Assembly: GCA_963693365.1 (NCBI GenBank)
Contig: CAVNZM010000002.1
Coordinates: 7,470,454 to 7,534,453, forward strand
Origin: Amoebidium appalachense
Lineage: Eukaryota > Protista > Ichthyosporea
Length of the DNA: 64,000 nucleotides
Reading direction: 5' to 3'
The first letter of the stretch is position 1. The number at the start of each line of letters is the position of its first letter. The position numbers were made by a program, and so were the translations under genes. Of the stretch, positions 18,230 through 33,882 are shown one piece after another. The notes under the pieces are model-generated. The model saw nothing but the letters and a program-made list of their open reading frames with translations, was not told the origin of the DNA and made no database searches.

Positions 18230-18965
18230 GTGCGGGTGTGTGTGTGTGTGTGTGTGCGAGTGTGTTTGTGTGTGTGTGCGCGTGCGCATATGCGCCTACA
18301 TGTGTATGTGGGTGATGGTATGTGCGCGTTCTGAAATTATGCCAATGCATGAAAATTGCCTGCGGAAAGTACGGTTTGCTTAGTATATACAATGTGTCCT
18401 TCCATGTCCGCTTGGGTATTTTCTGCGTGCCCGTGTTCCTGTTGTGATAGTACGAATGTAGTGTGAACGTATTTTAACGAATGGCATGTGCCTTCATGTG
18501 CATATGCATGTCACGAGATGGCTTGTTTCTTCTTATTTATCAGGTCACCGGTTATGATTCACTTGTAAGAACTACCTTCTTTCACTAAGCACCGACTATG
18601 CCCTACTTAGAGTGCTAAAGGTGCAAGTGCATGTGCATGTGATGCTAATGGATATTATGTAGCCTTCTTCCGGTAATAAACCCAAAAGCAACATTCCCTA
18701 GCCAATTCAGTTCAAGGAAGGTGAAGGGTCTGCAGCCCCCCCCCCCCCCCCCCCTCCCCGCGGCCCCTCCTCCCGACCGCCCCCCTTCTCCCCCCCCCCC
18801 CCCCCCTCCCCCCCCCCCCCCCCCCCTCACCCCACCCCCACCCCCCCCCACACCCCCCCTCACACCCCACTACCACACCCCAAAAAACCTTGGAATTTAA
18901 AGTGCAGAAGAAGAGCAAGAAAAGAAAACAAAACATCACTGGCTTATTAATCAAGTGGGCAAGCG

Positions 18966-19283
<318 letters not shown>

Positions 19284-19299
19284 TTCCCCCCTTCCTCCC

Positions 19300-19336
<37 letters not shown>

Positions 19337-19856
19337 CCCATCCACAAACGAATGGGAAAGGGGCCGGGGGAGGTTGGGCATGTCTTTGTCTAAATCAAGG
19401 GCAGGATGGGGCCGACAGCGAACACAACAACTTACGAACCTGAGTTTAGTAGCCCCTATCATTGGCCCGCCTGTAATGTTTGTTAGAAATGAATGACCGA
19501 GGGAACGCGGCGGGGCAGTGCAGGGGGCGGGGGATGGGGGGGGGGGGGGGGGGGGGGGGGGGGGTGGGGACGAGGCAGTGGAAATTCAATGTGCCGCCAA
19601 AAGTTAACATGGTTTCAAACATGGTATCCATTACAGTATCAAAATATCTTGGATATGGTGATACACCGGTGTGCACAGCATCTGGAAGACATGTATAATT
19701 TATCTACGTCGGCAAATGCATGTAGCCAACTCCGTTTTGTCGTTTTAACTTCCCCTTTGAAATTCACGGTTTGTGTTTTAGTAACATTATTTTCGATACC
19801 GCCGTGCTATGGGTGGGTGGGTGGGTGGATGGGGGGAGGGGGGGGGGGGGGGGGGG

Positions 19857-19912
<56 letters not shown>

Positions 19913-20090
19913 GGGGGAAGGGGGGGGGGGGGGGGGGGGGGGGGGGATATTGCTCGGGATATTTCGGTCCTTTATCATGTACTAAGGAGATTCCCTTGGG
20001 GGATCCACTTGGAAAAAGAAGACCAATTTCAATGATTCCAACATGTTCATGATTTATCGGGAGAGGGGGTTGGTTTTTTTTTTTTTTTTT

Positions 20091-20159
<69 letters not shown>

Positions 20160-21047
20160 TGATAATGCACAGCGGTTGCTAATATTAGTAATGGCGAGTG
20201 TACGTATGTTGAGGCCTGGTGAGGCTTGGTGGGAACACATGTATAGCTTTCATGACCGCCGCGACTTTCGAATTCGGTTCAGCGTCTCATACATACATGT
20301 ACATATGGAGAGCAAGGGCTATCGATAGATACTAAGCATGTGGGGGTCTGGGATGGATGGAAGAAGTCATGAGTGTCGGATGCACGACCGAAACACGTGT
20401 TTTTTCCTTATTTTCCATTTATTCTCTGCTTTACATAGAAGGAACTTCTAAACGGTGGCCCTAAATGACCCCAAACTTCAGGAGAGTGTGTGGGTACACT
20501 TTAGGCACCTTGCCACCAAACATCATCACCAACATCTGAAAAGATCTGCTCCTTCACTATGGGCGCCCCAGGAGCCCCGTATCGCTATTTACACAGTGCC
20601 GAGTGCACATACTTGCATAATGCTACAAATACAGCACACAATGCACCGCTTTTTTCGCTTTCTATGCCTACCAGTACAAGCATACAACAAAACACACTAT
20701 TCTACAACCCATTTGTGGCAGTAAGGCAAGCTGAACCATACATCATAGCCATGCGATGGGATGCTGATTGCACGCGGATGGCTGTTGTGTGTGTGTGCGT
20801 GTGTCTGTGTGTGTCTGTGTGTGTGTGTATGTGTTCTTGTGTGTGTGTGCGTGTGTGTACCTGTGGTGTGTCTCTCTGTGGCATGTGTGTGTGCATATTG
20901 ACGAAGAAGGGGTGCAACTAGTCTGCGGTGGCCCCGGATGCGCGGGGAAGGGGGGGGGGGAGGGGGGAAGTCTTAGGGAGGAGGGAGAAGGGGGGAGGGG
21001 ATGACGGGGGGGGGGAGGGGGGGGGATAGTAGCCTAAAGCCTTTTTA

Positions 21048-21335
21048 GCGCAACTAAGCATAATAGGATGCATAACTATGCAAGCCTGTAACAACAGAAC
21101 GTGCAAGTTGTTACGGTGTAGATGCCAGAAGACCGCAGGCGTAGCGGCAGCGCCCTTGCGCATACGCCCAGCTTCACACTGGGGCAAAACTAGCCGTGAC
21201 GAATGAAACTGCAGGGGGCTGCCACGCATTAAGGCACCATAAATGGGAGTGGCTTAGGCTTTCCTCCTTGCAAGGGCACCGTATGCAGTGGCACGACTTG
21301 CCACCAGGTAGCGTAGAAAGGCTGTGCTTAGTCGC
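21048..21335 (+). ncRNA. Candidate pseudoknotted ncRNA, diverged member (E) of the 28.9/57.0 kb family
   Basis: Closing stem ACTAAGCATA/TGTGCTTAGT (21053/21323). AGA is followed by an H-type pseudoknot CCGC/GCGG (21133/21144) plus GGCGTA/TACGCC (21138/21163) with an inner GCGC-cctt-GCGC hairpin, then ACTA (21189). Confidence 0.45.
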
Positions 21336-21792
21336 AAAGCACGAAGCCGCCGGGGCTCTCTCACCCTGGCTTTCCCAGCAACAGTTTGAACAAGGGGGGG
21401 GGTAAATTGCCCTGCTGTCTGCAGAAAAACGTGTAGTCACACTCTTACGCCTTTCTCCCACTAAAGTACTTGTCAGATGCATAAATAGCTCCTAACTCCG
21501 GGCTGTTATTCCAAGGGTCTGCCCCTCATCACCAAGCATCACCCGGCTGCATCGCTCGTTACCACCAACTACGTCGCCAAAGGCAGTTGCAGTGCGTTCT
21601 ACTTGCCGTGAACCCGTTTTGCTGAGCACTTCGCAAAAAAAAAAGCAATGGTTGAGCGAGGAAAACAAAAAGCGACAAACGTTCGAAAAACGAGACCTGT
21701 CGTGTACCGTGATCGATCGATCCTGCAGTCGAGCAGGTGAAAAAATGACCAAAAACTACAGCGCCCTCACTTGAAAGTTCGGGGCTTAATAA

Positions 21793-22107
21793 GGACCGCA
21801 ACTTGAGGTAGGTCTATACGAAGGAAGCCCTAGGTATAGGGAGATCGGATGATAACCGGCTAAAAAAATACAATAATTGATAATAATTTACAAAAATAAA
21901 ACCATAAACCCAATAACCATAACCCTATGTGTGTCTGGGCCCTAAATGGGGGGGCTGCCGCCCCCCCAACCCCCCGCTAGAGGGGCCTGACGGCCCCTTT
22001 ATGTCGCTTGGGGATCGAATCGTTCTCCCCTGATTTTACGTCATCGGATCATGTTTTGTCCAATCAGGTGCGCGGGGACTTCCGGTTGTAGGTCAAGTTG
22101 CGGGACC
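21793..22107. mobile_element. Putative MITE (PIF/Harbinger, Tourist-like)
   Basis: Imperfect TIRs GGACCGCAACTTGA / TCAAGTTGCGGGACC, flanked by TAA on both sides (21790-21792 and 22108-22110); no coding capacity. Confidence 0.55.
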
Positions 22108-22239
22108 TAAGTCCATACGCCGGAAGTCCCCGCGCACCTGATTGGACAAAACATGATCCGATGACGTAAAATCAGGGGAGAACGATTCGATCCCCAAGCG
22201 ACATAAAGGGGCCGTCAGGCCCCTCTAGCGGGGGGTTGG
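21966..22239. repeat. Perfect 120-bp inverted repeat with a 34-bp spacer
   Basis: 21966-22085 is the reverse complement of 22120-22239. Confidence 0.95.
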
Positions 22240-23213
22240 ATGATCGTGGAATGTGAAGATCAACATTCCAGAGATGACAACGTCCGGCCTAGCTAGATCT
22301 TCAATTCTTCATGATGATCAGGTTAGTTAGTATGTAGAATAATGATTTACAGAGAAGAATCAAAATTTTAAAACACATAGTGGAGGTAGTGAAGAGTTTT
22401 GAAACAAAGGAATTTCGAAAGCAGCAGAAAGAGAGGCCGGGGGGGAAGGGGTTGGCAACTTGGCACGGCCCTGGATTTTTATCTAACTTTAGGAGCCTTC
22501 TGATTCGTGGATCTGGCACCTTCGTAATGATTGGACAACGATATTCAGACTCACATGATTGGTTGGAGTGTCCGATCATCAAGTATATAATTTGACAGGT
22601 ACTCGCCTGAAGAATCACTGTCGCGGCATTTTCTTTGCCTTTTACTTGTTCCCGCAGCAATCGACCACCAGTTATCATGGCTGTCAACTCACGCCAACAA
22701 CGCCTCAGCGAGCGCAAACGCTGAATCGACCATGCAGAGCCCCACATTTACTGTTACTCCTGCCAGTGGCGCCTGGCACGAGGAAGTTGTAAAGTCATCA
22801 CACAATTATGCATGTAAATCCGTCAGTTTTGATGCAGTGTGCATTGTTGCAGTGCCGGACAAAAAGCCACCACAAGACAACGACAACAAAGACTTGCCGT
22901 ACCACGCTGGCGGGTGGAGGGCACAGTTCTGGCAGCTCAAGTTCCACTATTTGGACACGGAGAGATTCGTGTCGTCACACTTTCTGCCTGCATGGTGCCT
23001 GCTGTGCGTGAGGATCGTGCCCCCGTGCTACGCATGGCAGTGCTTACGTAATCGGCTATGCTTGACTTCGACCATGGCCTTTGGGTAGGCCTCTCCGAAT
23101 ATTTTTGAGCTTTGCTGTTACCTAGGCCTACATTCATCCCCCCCCCCCCCCCCCCCCCCCCCATATATATATCCCTCTCCCCAACGTCTCTTTCGTGTCA
23201 CACATGCAACCAG

Positions 23214-23268
<55 letters not shown>

Positions 23269-23982
23269 AAAAATCTGGGGCCGTACGATCAAATCTGGTT
23301 TGTTTTGGGCCCGATCGGATTGGTTAGCGGCGCTTTCAAAAAAAGCTAGCCAATGTGATAAAAACCATTGGCCAATTCTCCGCAGTAGAATCGACATGAA
23401 AATAGCTATATATGGGTTGTCGGTCATCCAATTAAATGCGGCGGATATTAAGAGGGTTGATGCGGGACAATATCCAGTTGTCCGGCGTCGAGGCCGCGGG
23501 CCTCGAGCTTTATTATTATTACTATAAAAACATGGAGCCGTGCGTACGTACATATATATATATACACATACATACATACATACATACATACATACACACA
23601 CACACGTACATATCATATACTGTATAAAGTGCGCTGTGTGTTCGGGTGTTACACCCATCTACAGTATGGCAAAATTATATGGCTTACTCCGTGTACCTGC
23701 AGGTAATCGAAACTCCAACATGCATGCCAACAACAAGTGAGGAAGCAATGCACATGTATGAAAATACTATAAAATCACCTATAGGTCTTCGCGGTCCAGA
23801 ATATATCTGCAGTTTAATTTGATGTCCGGAAGAAGCCACAGTACTGAGTACCGGAAGTAAATTAGAGCACCGCTGTCATCGTTTCTGCAAAGAAACACAC
23901 ATGTTAATGATATATTCCTTTATAGACACATGTAAATGACATATTCCCTTAATAGCCTCACGTCCTTCTGGTGTATGCATTA

Positions 23983-24018
<36 letters not shown>

Positions 24019-24435
24019 CTCTATGAAGAATGCTCAGTATTTGCTGCACGAGGCAACATTCCACTATGGACCTATCACATGCACTAGGTGCATATCTCAA
24101 TTTTTGATAAGTCGTACAAACACAGGGATATGTGTCTGTGTGTGTAGGGGGCACCGCGCTCTCTGCATCCGAGCAGATGCAGGAGGAGGGAAAAAAGATG
24201 TGATATGACCAGGTAAAAAGATGAGAGACGTATGTACATGTGTACATGTGAGTTTTTTCAGAATCGTGTCTTCGAGTAGTCTTTTTCGTTTAAGTGGTGA
24301 GGGTGAGTGAGTGAGTGAATGAGTGTGGCAAGAAGAGGGAAGGGATGGAGAGGGGTGGGGGGTTAGGAGGTTGGGGCAGGCGGGCGGGCGGGAATGGGTG
24401 GGTCGGGGGGGGAGGGCATGCATCCAGTACCTTAA

Positions 24436-27194
<2,759 letters not shown>

Positions 27195-28923
27195 GTTGGC
27201 AGATCGCTCAGTGAGGCTAAGACACACCTAATTCTAGCTGAGATATGAGCTGTGAAGTGTTTAACCTCTGTGGGAAACTGTGACGTGCTGGTTGAAGTGG
27301 GCTGCAATTTATACTAAACACCACGGATCGATGACCGTTTGTGTGTGTCCGTTTGGCCGTTGCCCGCCACTACTCTTCCACCAACCATTGATCGAGAAGT
27401 CAAATTGGGTACTGGCCCGGCCCGATGGTATGCCGGGTCCACGTGCAAGGAAGCTCGAAAAAAAAAAAATCACCCCCTTCTTTTCCGTTTTCAAAACACA
27501 GCAGAGCATATATTCCTAGGAACGTGCCGCAGTGTACCATCGCAGAATGTCCGGCTATATCAGTATTATTCACAAGAAAAACCACCTTCGCCCAGTGTAC
27601 GGAAACGGGATCTATTACCCAGTAGTGTTAAAACAATTCCTTTCACCGAAAGAGGCAAACGTTTTGGTAGAAGAACTGCACAAGGTTCAAGCAGAAGAAA
27701 AACTGTCTTATCGATCGTACTCCTACAACTTCGGCTGGATGTTACACTAGGGAATTTCGTGAGTCCGTGCTCGATGTTATAGGGGATCTCGGTAATGTAA
27801 AAACTGATTTAATAGTAATCTGTTAAATTGCCTACCCCGGCCACTAGTACCAACAAATGTATGGTATATATATACGTGCGCATATATGCATGCTCACTGC
27901 AGGCCCGGGCGCACCGCCGGCGCCGGCGCCGGAGGCGGCGTCAGTGCAGATCGATCGCGCCTATTGGTTGAAGCTGTTGGTCGCACATTCCATTTCACGT
28001 TCCATTTATCGCATAAACAACCCCCTTCCCCTCCATTCCCCGTCCTTCCCCCCCCCCCCCCCCTCTCCTCCTCCATTCCTCTTTCCCTCCTCTTCTCTCC
28101 CCTTCTCCCCCTTCCCTCCCCCCCCCCCCCCCCCCTCCCCCCACCCCAACCCCCCCACCCCCACCCCAACCCTTTTTCCCCTTTTCCCCTTAGTACCTCG
28201 ATATGGTTAGTGATAGCTATGATATAAACAACCCCCTTCCCCTCCATTCCCCGTCCTTCCCCCCCTCTCCTCCTCCATCCCTCTTTCTCTCCTCTTCTCT
28301 CCCCTTCTCCCCTTTCCCCTTCCCCCCTCCCCCCCCCCCCCCCCCCCCCCTTCCCCCACCCAACCCAACAACCCGGGGTGACCACATCTGCATAACACAC
28401 ACACACAAACACGTATACAAACACACCCACAATCACATACAGCATACACACACCAAACACACACGAACACCTACACACACGTATACACGCAGACACCCGT
28501 ATATCGGAAATAGATCAATCTCTAGACCATAGATCTGTGGGAAAGGATATGTACGTATATCAAAATTCTAACTTGTAGATATATTTTGAATTTTGGATGC
28601 ATGTAAAATGTTGATTTATCTCTAAACTAGTTCGGTTCTGGTTCAATAGTATTTTTATTATTTTTTATTATTTGTTTATGTTTACGTTATTAGATAGCTC
28701 CTCATGTAAAACGAACCCACGTACCATAGATGAACACGGTTGAACAATTGCTATTATTGGTTTGGATAAATGCATATTGTTAGTCACCAATGAGATATCA
28801 GAAATACACCCATATATCCACCTTTAACTTTCGACCAATAGGAATAGATCTTGTCCTGATAGCAAGCTATTGGAAAAACTGTAGCCCGAACTCACCACAC
28901 CACACACACACAATTTATTTGCA

Positions 28924-29191
28924 GTGTACAGCAGTTCCCGTAAAGTTTCTCGTCTGTGCTTAGGGCCCGGGGGTTAGCACACACGCCATACACCGGCAAC
29001 ACCAGCACGTTTTGCTATAAGGACGCCTGGGGCAGGGACTCTAGCGCTAGTCCACTAGATCCATTCTAGACCACACAGTAGATAGGGGGGTGTGGTGACG
29101 GCCTCCCCAGGCCTCACCCCTCTTTGGTGTAACTACTGTTGGCTGAGCACCTTATAGCATAGCTGGTTTTATACGGTCTGCTCTTGTACAC
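28924..29191 (+). ncRNA. Candidate novel multi-pseudoknot ncRNA, copy A
   Basis: Homologous to 57005-57264 with conserved blocks and compensatory helix changes (see findings). Confidence 0.65.
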
Positions 29192-30868
29192 ATACACACA
29201 CCGACACACAACATAAGTATACGAAAATGCAGTGAATACACTACAAAATAAACCACCACCTGATAGAATACGGTGATACCAGGCTTTGCCAGATGTGTTC
29301 GATTTTGGCTTCGTCTCACCAGCCACATTTCAGATTTTGTCTTTCGGCATCGCAAAAAACCATATCACTTCATATTTGAATTTTTCAAAATCACCTATAT
29401 CCAGGCAAAAGTCCACACAGGTACGGTGCATATCCTTTCCCCTTTCATAATCACATACCATACATTACGGCATCTAGATAGGACTGGTTTGTTGTGTTTG
29501 ATGCATTGCATATGCTTCAAAGTTTCAGAGATCTAGAACGTAACCACAAAGTAACTGCAATCCCTCTCTTCTCCCCCCTCTGTTCTCCTCCCTCCCGCCA
29601 TGGTAAACAGATAGCTCATCATGGCAAACTAGTCATAGTACTGGTATGTAACCTGCTATTGACGTATATTTATTTAACTGCACGTAAAATTCTGAACCAT
29701 ATCTTCCTGCAAACAGCACTCTATGTCAGGCAAGGGAGTGAGGGCAAGCCACACAGTTTCGAGTCGCAGCCGCGGTGGATCAACCTTGCATACTGGATCA
29801 TATACGAGGCCATATTCACGTTTAAGATCATCGTACCGATCCTCTTCTGGACCTGCCTGAATTTCTGGGCACGTAAGTGAACCCCTTTAAACTATAACAT
29901 TTGTGTCTGTATAGTATTCGGCGTTGGGGATTCACTTAAAGCCAAACTAGAAGCATGCCTGTCAGTACGTAATTCAAGTTGGGAACATGCAACCAACTTC
30001 AACAACCTGCCATTGCCATGCCGTTGAAATCAATACACTTACATTTGCCGTGCATTTTCCCGCCTCCCTCCCCCCCCATCCTCAAACAGCTACCAGTAGT
30101 GACAGCCTGCGAGCATGGACCAACCTTAGCCTGCACGGCATGGCCGGTGTGGCCGAAAACAAAAATTTGGCGGTTTTTGTTTTCGGCCACATTTACTTTT
30201 TCGTCGCCTGTGTGCTCAGCTACTGCGTGTACACGTGGATTTTCTACTTCACAGGGTTCGGATGGACCAACTGGTTCATGGACATTACCACGTCGCCGCC
30301 TACTGGTACCCTACCTTTATAACTTCCTTCTGTCTTGTGTGGATGGCGTGTTTCTTTGTGCACGTTGGCAGGGAGAAGCTCGTAGCAAGATTCAAAAAGG
30401 ATAACTAAATAGGCGCACCGTAGCCAATTTTGTTTTCTACCCGTTCTGGCACACAAACTATAAAAAGTAGCCGCTCGTTTTGTGGACTTTTTTAACTGAT
30501 ATAACAACAAAGAAAAAAACAGTTCACGTGATTTAAACTGAATGTAGAGCTAGTGAAAGGCATCACCAGAAATTAAGTCATGAAGTGAGTCATATTTTAG
30601 ACTAATTGGTTACGAATGTAATCTAGCCGCATGGCAGGGGGCACTGTGTGTACCCCGGGCTCTAGGCCACCAAATATTTTAAAGGTTGCTCTGCAAACAC
30701 AATTACAGTGCCTGTACATACTATATACTTTAGGCTACTACCACTAGGGAGCGATCCTGAATAAGACCTTCAATTGAAGACTCAAATCAAACATAACATA
30801 CTGCACCAGCGGTGCTCACATGCGAGGCATTTTTATTTTATTTTTGGGGATGTGTGTGTGTTTGTGTA

Positions 30869-30937
<69 letters not shown>

Positions 30938-30986
30938 GGTGTGCGTGTGTGCGTGTGTGTGTGTGTGTGTGCGTGTGTGTGTTTGT

Positions 30987-31039
<53 letters not shown>

Positions 31040-31646
31040 GTTAGGGGGAAATAGCGCTTTATCGGACCTTGTGTATTAAGATATACACAAGCCTTGTTTA
31101 ACTTATTTGAATAAGTTACTTATATAAAGTTATTTAATTATTTTATCATATAGTGCTAGAACTACTTAAAGAAGATTAGAGTACTGCAGATGATTAAAAT
31201 TAAAATACCCCCTCCCTTTGCTTTTGATACTCAGGAGCAAAACTTTTCAGGTTTTGTACTAGATACTTTAATTTAAAAGTAAGGAATTTTAAGCGCTTCA
31301 AGATTGGTTTACATCCTCTGCTAAAATTCTGTTTTACATAGGCACTACTAACATAAAACTATTCTCCAAGAAATAATTACCTAAAGCTCCAAAAATCATA
31401 CTAAGAGGCTCCAAAAATCACCATCGAAGGGGTAAGAGCTTAGAGTGTGTGTGTGTGTGTGTGTGTCTGTGTGTGTGTGTCTGTGTGTGTGTGTGTTCGC
31501 TTGTACGGCACAGTGTATGCATCATGCGTGCATGTGTGTGTGTGTGTGCGCGCGCGCGCGCGTGTGTATGTTTGTGTGTGCTGGTGTGCGTGTTACATTG
31601 CTTGCGCCAGGGTTTTTGTGCGCGTGTAAGTGCATGCGTGCGTGTG

Positions 31647-31747
<101 letters not shown>

Positions 31748-31821
31748 TTGTGAGTGTGTGTGTACGTGCGTGTGTGAGTGAGTGTGTGTGTATGTGTGTG
31801 CGTTTGTGAGTGTGTGTGTAC

Positions 31822-31889
<68 letters not shown>

Positions 31890-31986
31890 GCGCGCGCGTG
31901 TGTGCCCATTTATGAGAAATCGATATATTTGGCGAATCGACATACAAGGAGAATTCATTACATGCCATGATTGAGAAATGCCAACA

Positions 31987-32034
<48 letters not shown>

Positions 32035-32038
32035 CGTG

Positions 32039-32160
<122 letters not shown>

Positions 32161-32691
32161 TCATTGTGGATACTTGGGCAGTAGAGGTCAGGGCGGGGAG
32201 GGAAAGTATGGGAAGAGAAGGAGAAGGTTGAACACAAGGATAGAAGGAAGGAGCGATTGAGAGAGAGCGAGAGAAAGAAAGGGGGGGGGGGGGGGGGGGG
32301 AAGAGAGAGAGTGTGTGTATGTGCCACAGTGTGTGTGTGTGCGAGAGAGAGCGAGAGACAGACACAAACACACACAGAGAGAGAGAGCGAGAGAGAGAGG
32401 GAGGGAGGGGAGCGTTTGTGTGTGTGTGTGTGTGTGTGTGACTGAGAGAGAGGGAGACAGAGGGAGACAGAGACGGAGAGGGGGAGGATATCAATTTAAA
32501 GAGAAAGAGGAACCTGTTCGGGAGAGAGAGAGAGACAGATATGAGGGGGGGAGGGGGGGATGGGACGAAAGGAGGGTGGGTAGGGCGGGGGTGGCCGGGG
32601 GTTGGGTGGGTGGAGAAGAGAGAGAGAGAGAGAAAGAAAAAGAAAGGAAGAAAGAGAGACAGAGAGAGAGACAGAGACACACACACGGGGG

Positions 32692-32823
<132 letters not shown>

Positions 32824-32837
32824 GTGAGTGAGTGAGT

Positions 32838-32868
<31 letters not shown>

Positions 32869-33041
32869 GGGGAGGGGGGAGGGAGAGAAGAAGAGGGGGG
32901 GGGGAGAGAGAGAGAGAGAGAGAGAAAGGGAGAGGGAGAGAGGGAGGGACGGAGAGAGAGAGGAACGGAGGGAGAGAAAGGGAGGGACGGGGAGAGAGAT
33001 GGGGGGAGGGGGGGACGGAGGGAGAGAGAGAAAGAGAGGGT

Positions 33042-33116
<75 letters not shown>

Positions 33117-33201
33117 CTGGAGGGAGGGAGGGAGGGAGAGAGAGAGGGGCGGGGGGAGGGAGGGAGGGAGGGAGGGAGGGAGAGAAAGAGAGGGGGGGGG
33201 G

Positions 33202-33319
<118 letters not shown>

Positions 33320-33400
33320 AGAAAGAAAGTGGTTGAGTTAACAGAGAGAGAGAGGGGGGACAGAGAGGGAGGAGAGAGAGTGGTGGGGGGGGGGGGGGGG

Positions 33401-33534
<134 letters not shown>

Positions 33535-33846
33535 TCTGGGAAGATGGGATTAATAGTTGATTATTGCACGGAAGGTGTAGGGTGAGGTGAGTGTAAGCCT
33601 TTCTTGATGTAGGCCTCTAAAAGCAGTATTGACGTTAAGCACTCTTAGACTACTAATACGAAGCCCCGCACGATTCAGGAATGAGCCCCAAAACGAAGTT
33701 CTTTGTGAATCGGGAAATACTTTCTATATCAGTACTAGACACCTTTTACTCTTTTCAAAGCCGCTGTCCTGGGATAAATCCAAAGGCTGTGGCACTGGGA
33801 GTGGAGGAGAAAGGGAGAGGAGGGGGGAGAAGAGGGGAAGGGCGGG

Positions 33847-33882
<36 letters not shown>

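Noticed and set aside
20455-20724. BED zinc finger / hAT transposase fragment (SVWVHF)
   Set aside because: The required CxxC does not follow and there is no transposase core nearby.
21252-21266. RNase P/MRP CR-I-like GAGGAAAGCCTAAGC on the minus strand
   Set aside because: No convincing CR-V partner, and G-U pairs favour the + strand fold.
29060-29125. HDV-like or hammerhead ribozyme as the identity of the structured family
   Set aside because: No P3/L3 hairpin or J4/2 catalytic C arrangement, and no CUGANGA/GAAA core.
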